Source of the DNA: Coleofasciculus chthonoplastes F2-STO-03
GTDB lineage: Bacteria > Cyanobacteriota > Cyanobacteriia > Cyanobacteriales > Coleofasciculaceae
Assembly (NCBI GenBank): GCA_040222015.1
Contig: JAVJWO010000122.1
Span: forward strand, 1 to 29,522
Length of the DNA: 29,522 nt
Direction: 5' to 3'
The translations under genes were made by a program, and so were the position numbers. The notes below the pieces were generated by a model. It made no database searches, had not been told where the DNA came from, and saw nothing but the letters and a program-made list of their open reading frames with translations. Numbering within the stretch: position 1 is the first letter of the stretch; every line of letters starts with the position of its first letter. This document shows, one piece after another, positions 29,332 to 29,522 of the stretch.

Positions 29332-29522
29332 ATAGCAGTTCGCTCTCGCGTAGTTACAGTACAAATGTTCTAAAGCTCACCTGATCAAGCATCCATTTCT
29401 GAATTTGTAAATATACCAGCGCGAAGCGCTATAGCCGTTATCATTCTCTCCGTTGCGGGGTTGTCGGGAATTCTATTCGTTTTAATAAAAATAATCTAGA
29501 GTCTAATTGAACTCAGGGATTG

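Overview
Chromosomal window from a filamentous cyanobacterium. The evidence is dense HIP1 octamers (GCGATCGC), short tandem repeats of the STRR type and GTAG-type REP palindromes; a Coleofasciculus/Microcoleus-like host is an inference. Housekeeping content: an FHA-FHA-ABC transporter, glycogen phosphorylase glgP, a polysaccharide cluster (GT4, polyprenyl sugar transferase, gmd, fcl), galE, a YdcF/DUF218 protein, a GerMN protein, UPF0182, rfbB and a TonB-C protein. Accessory or decaying content: a YhcG/DUF1016 gene cut by an ISL3-like end, a DUF4160-DUF2442 toxin-antitoxin pair with a frameshifted toxin and an antitoxin carrying an extra domain, a three-copy TPR gene array (one nonsense, one intact, one remnant) and an orphan DUF2281 gene. 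The most interesting region is 7470-8912. It holds two different tnpB-less omega/reRNA-like scaffolds on the minus strand. One (7645-7805) lacks a recognisable left end and lies downstream of a consensus NtcA-activated promoter, in the glgP upstream region. The other (8436-8912) is a complete non-autonomous IS200/IS605 element with its own sigma70 promoter, inserted in the 3' end of a gene. All family assignments come from motif recognition by eye; no searches were run.
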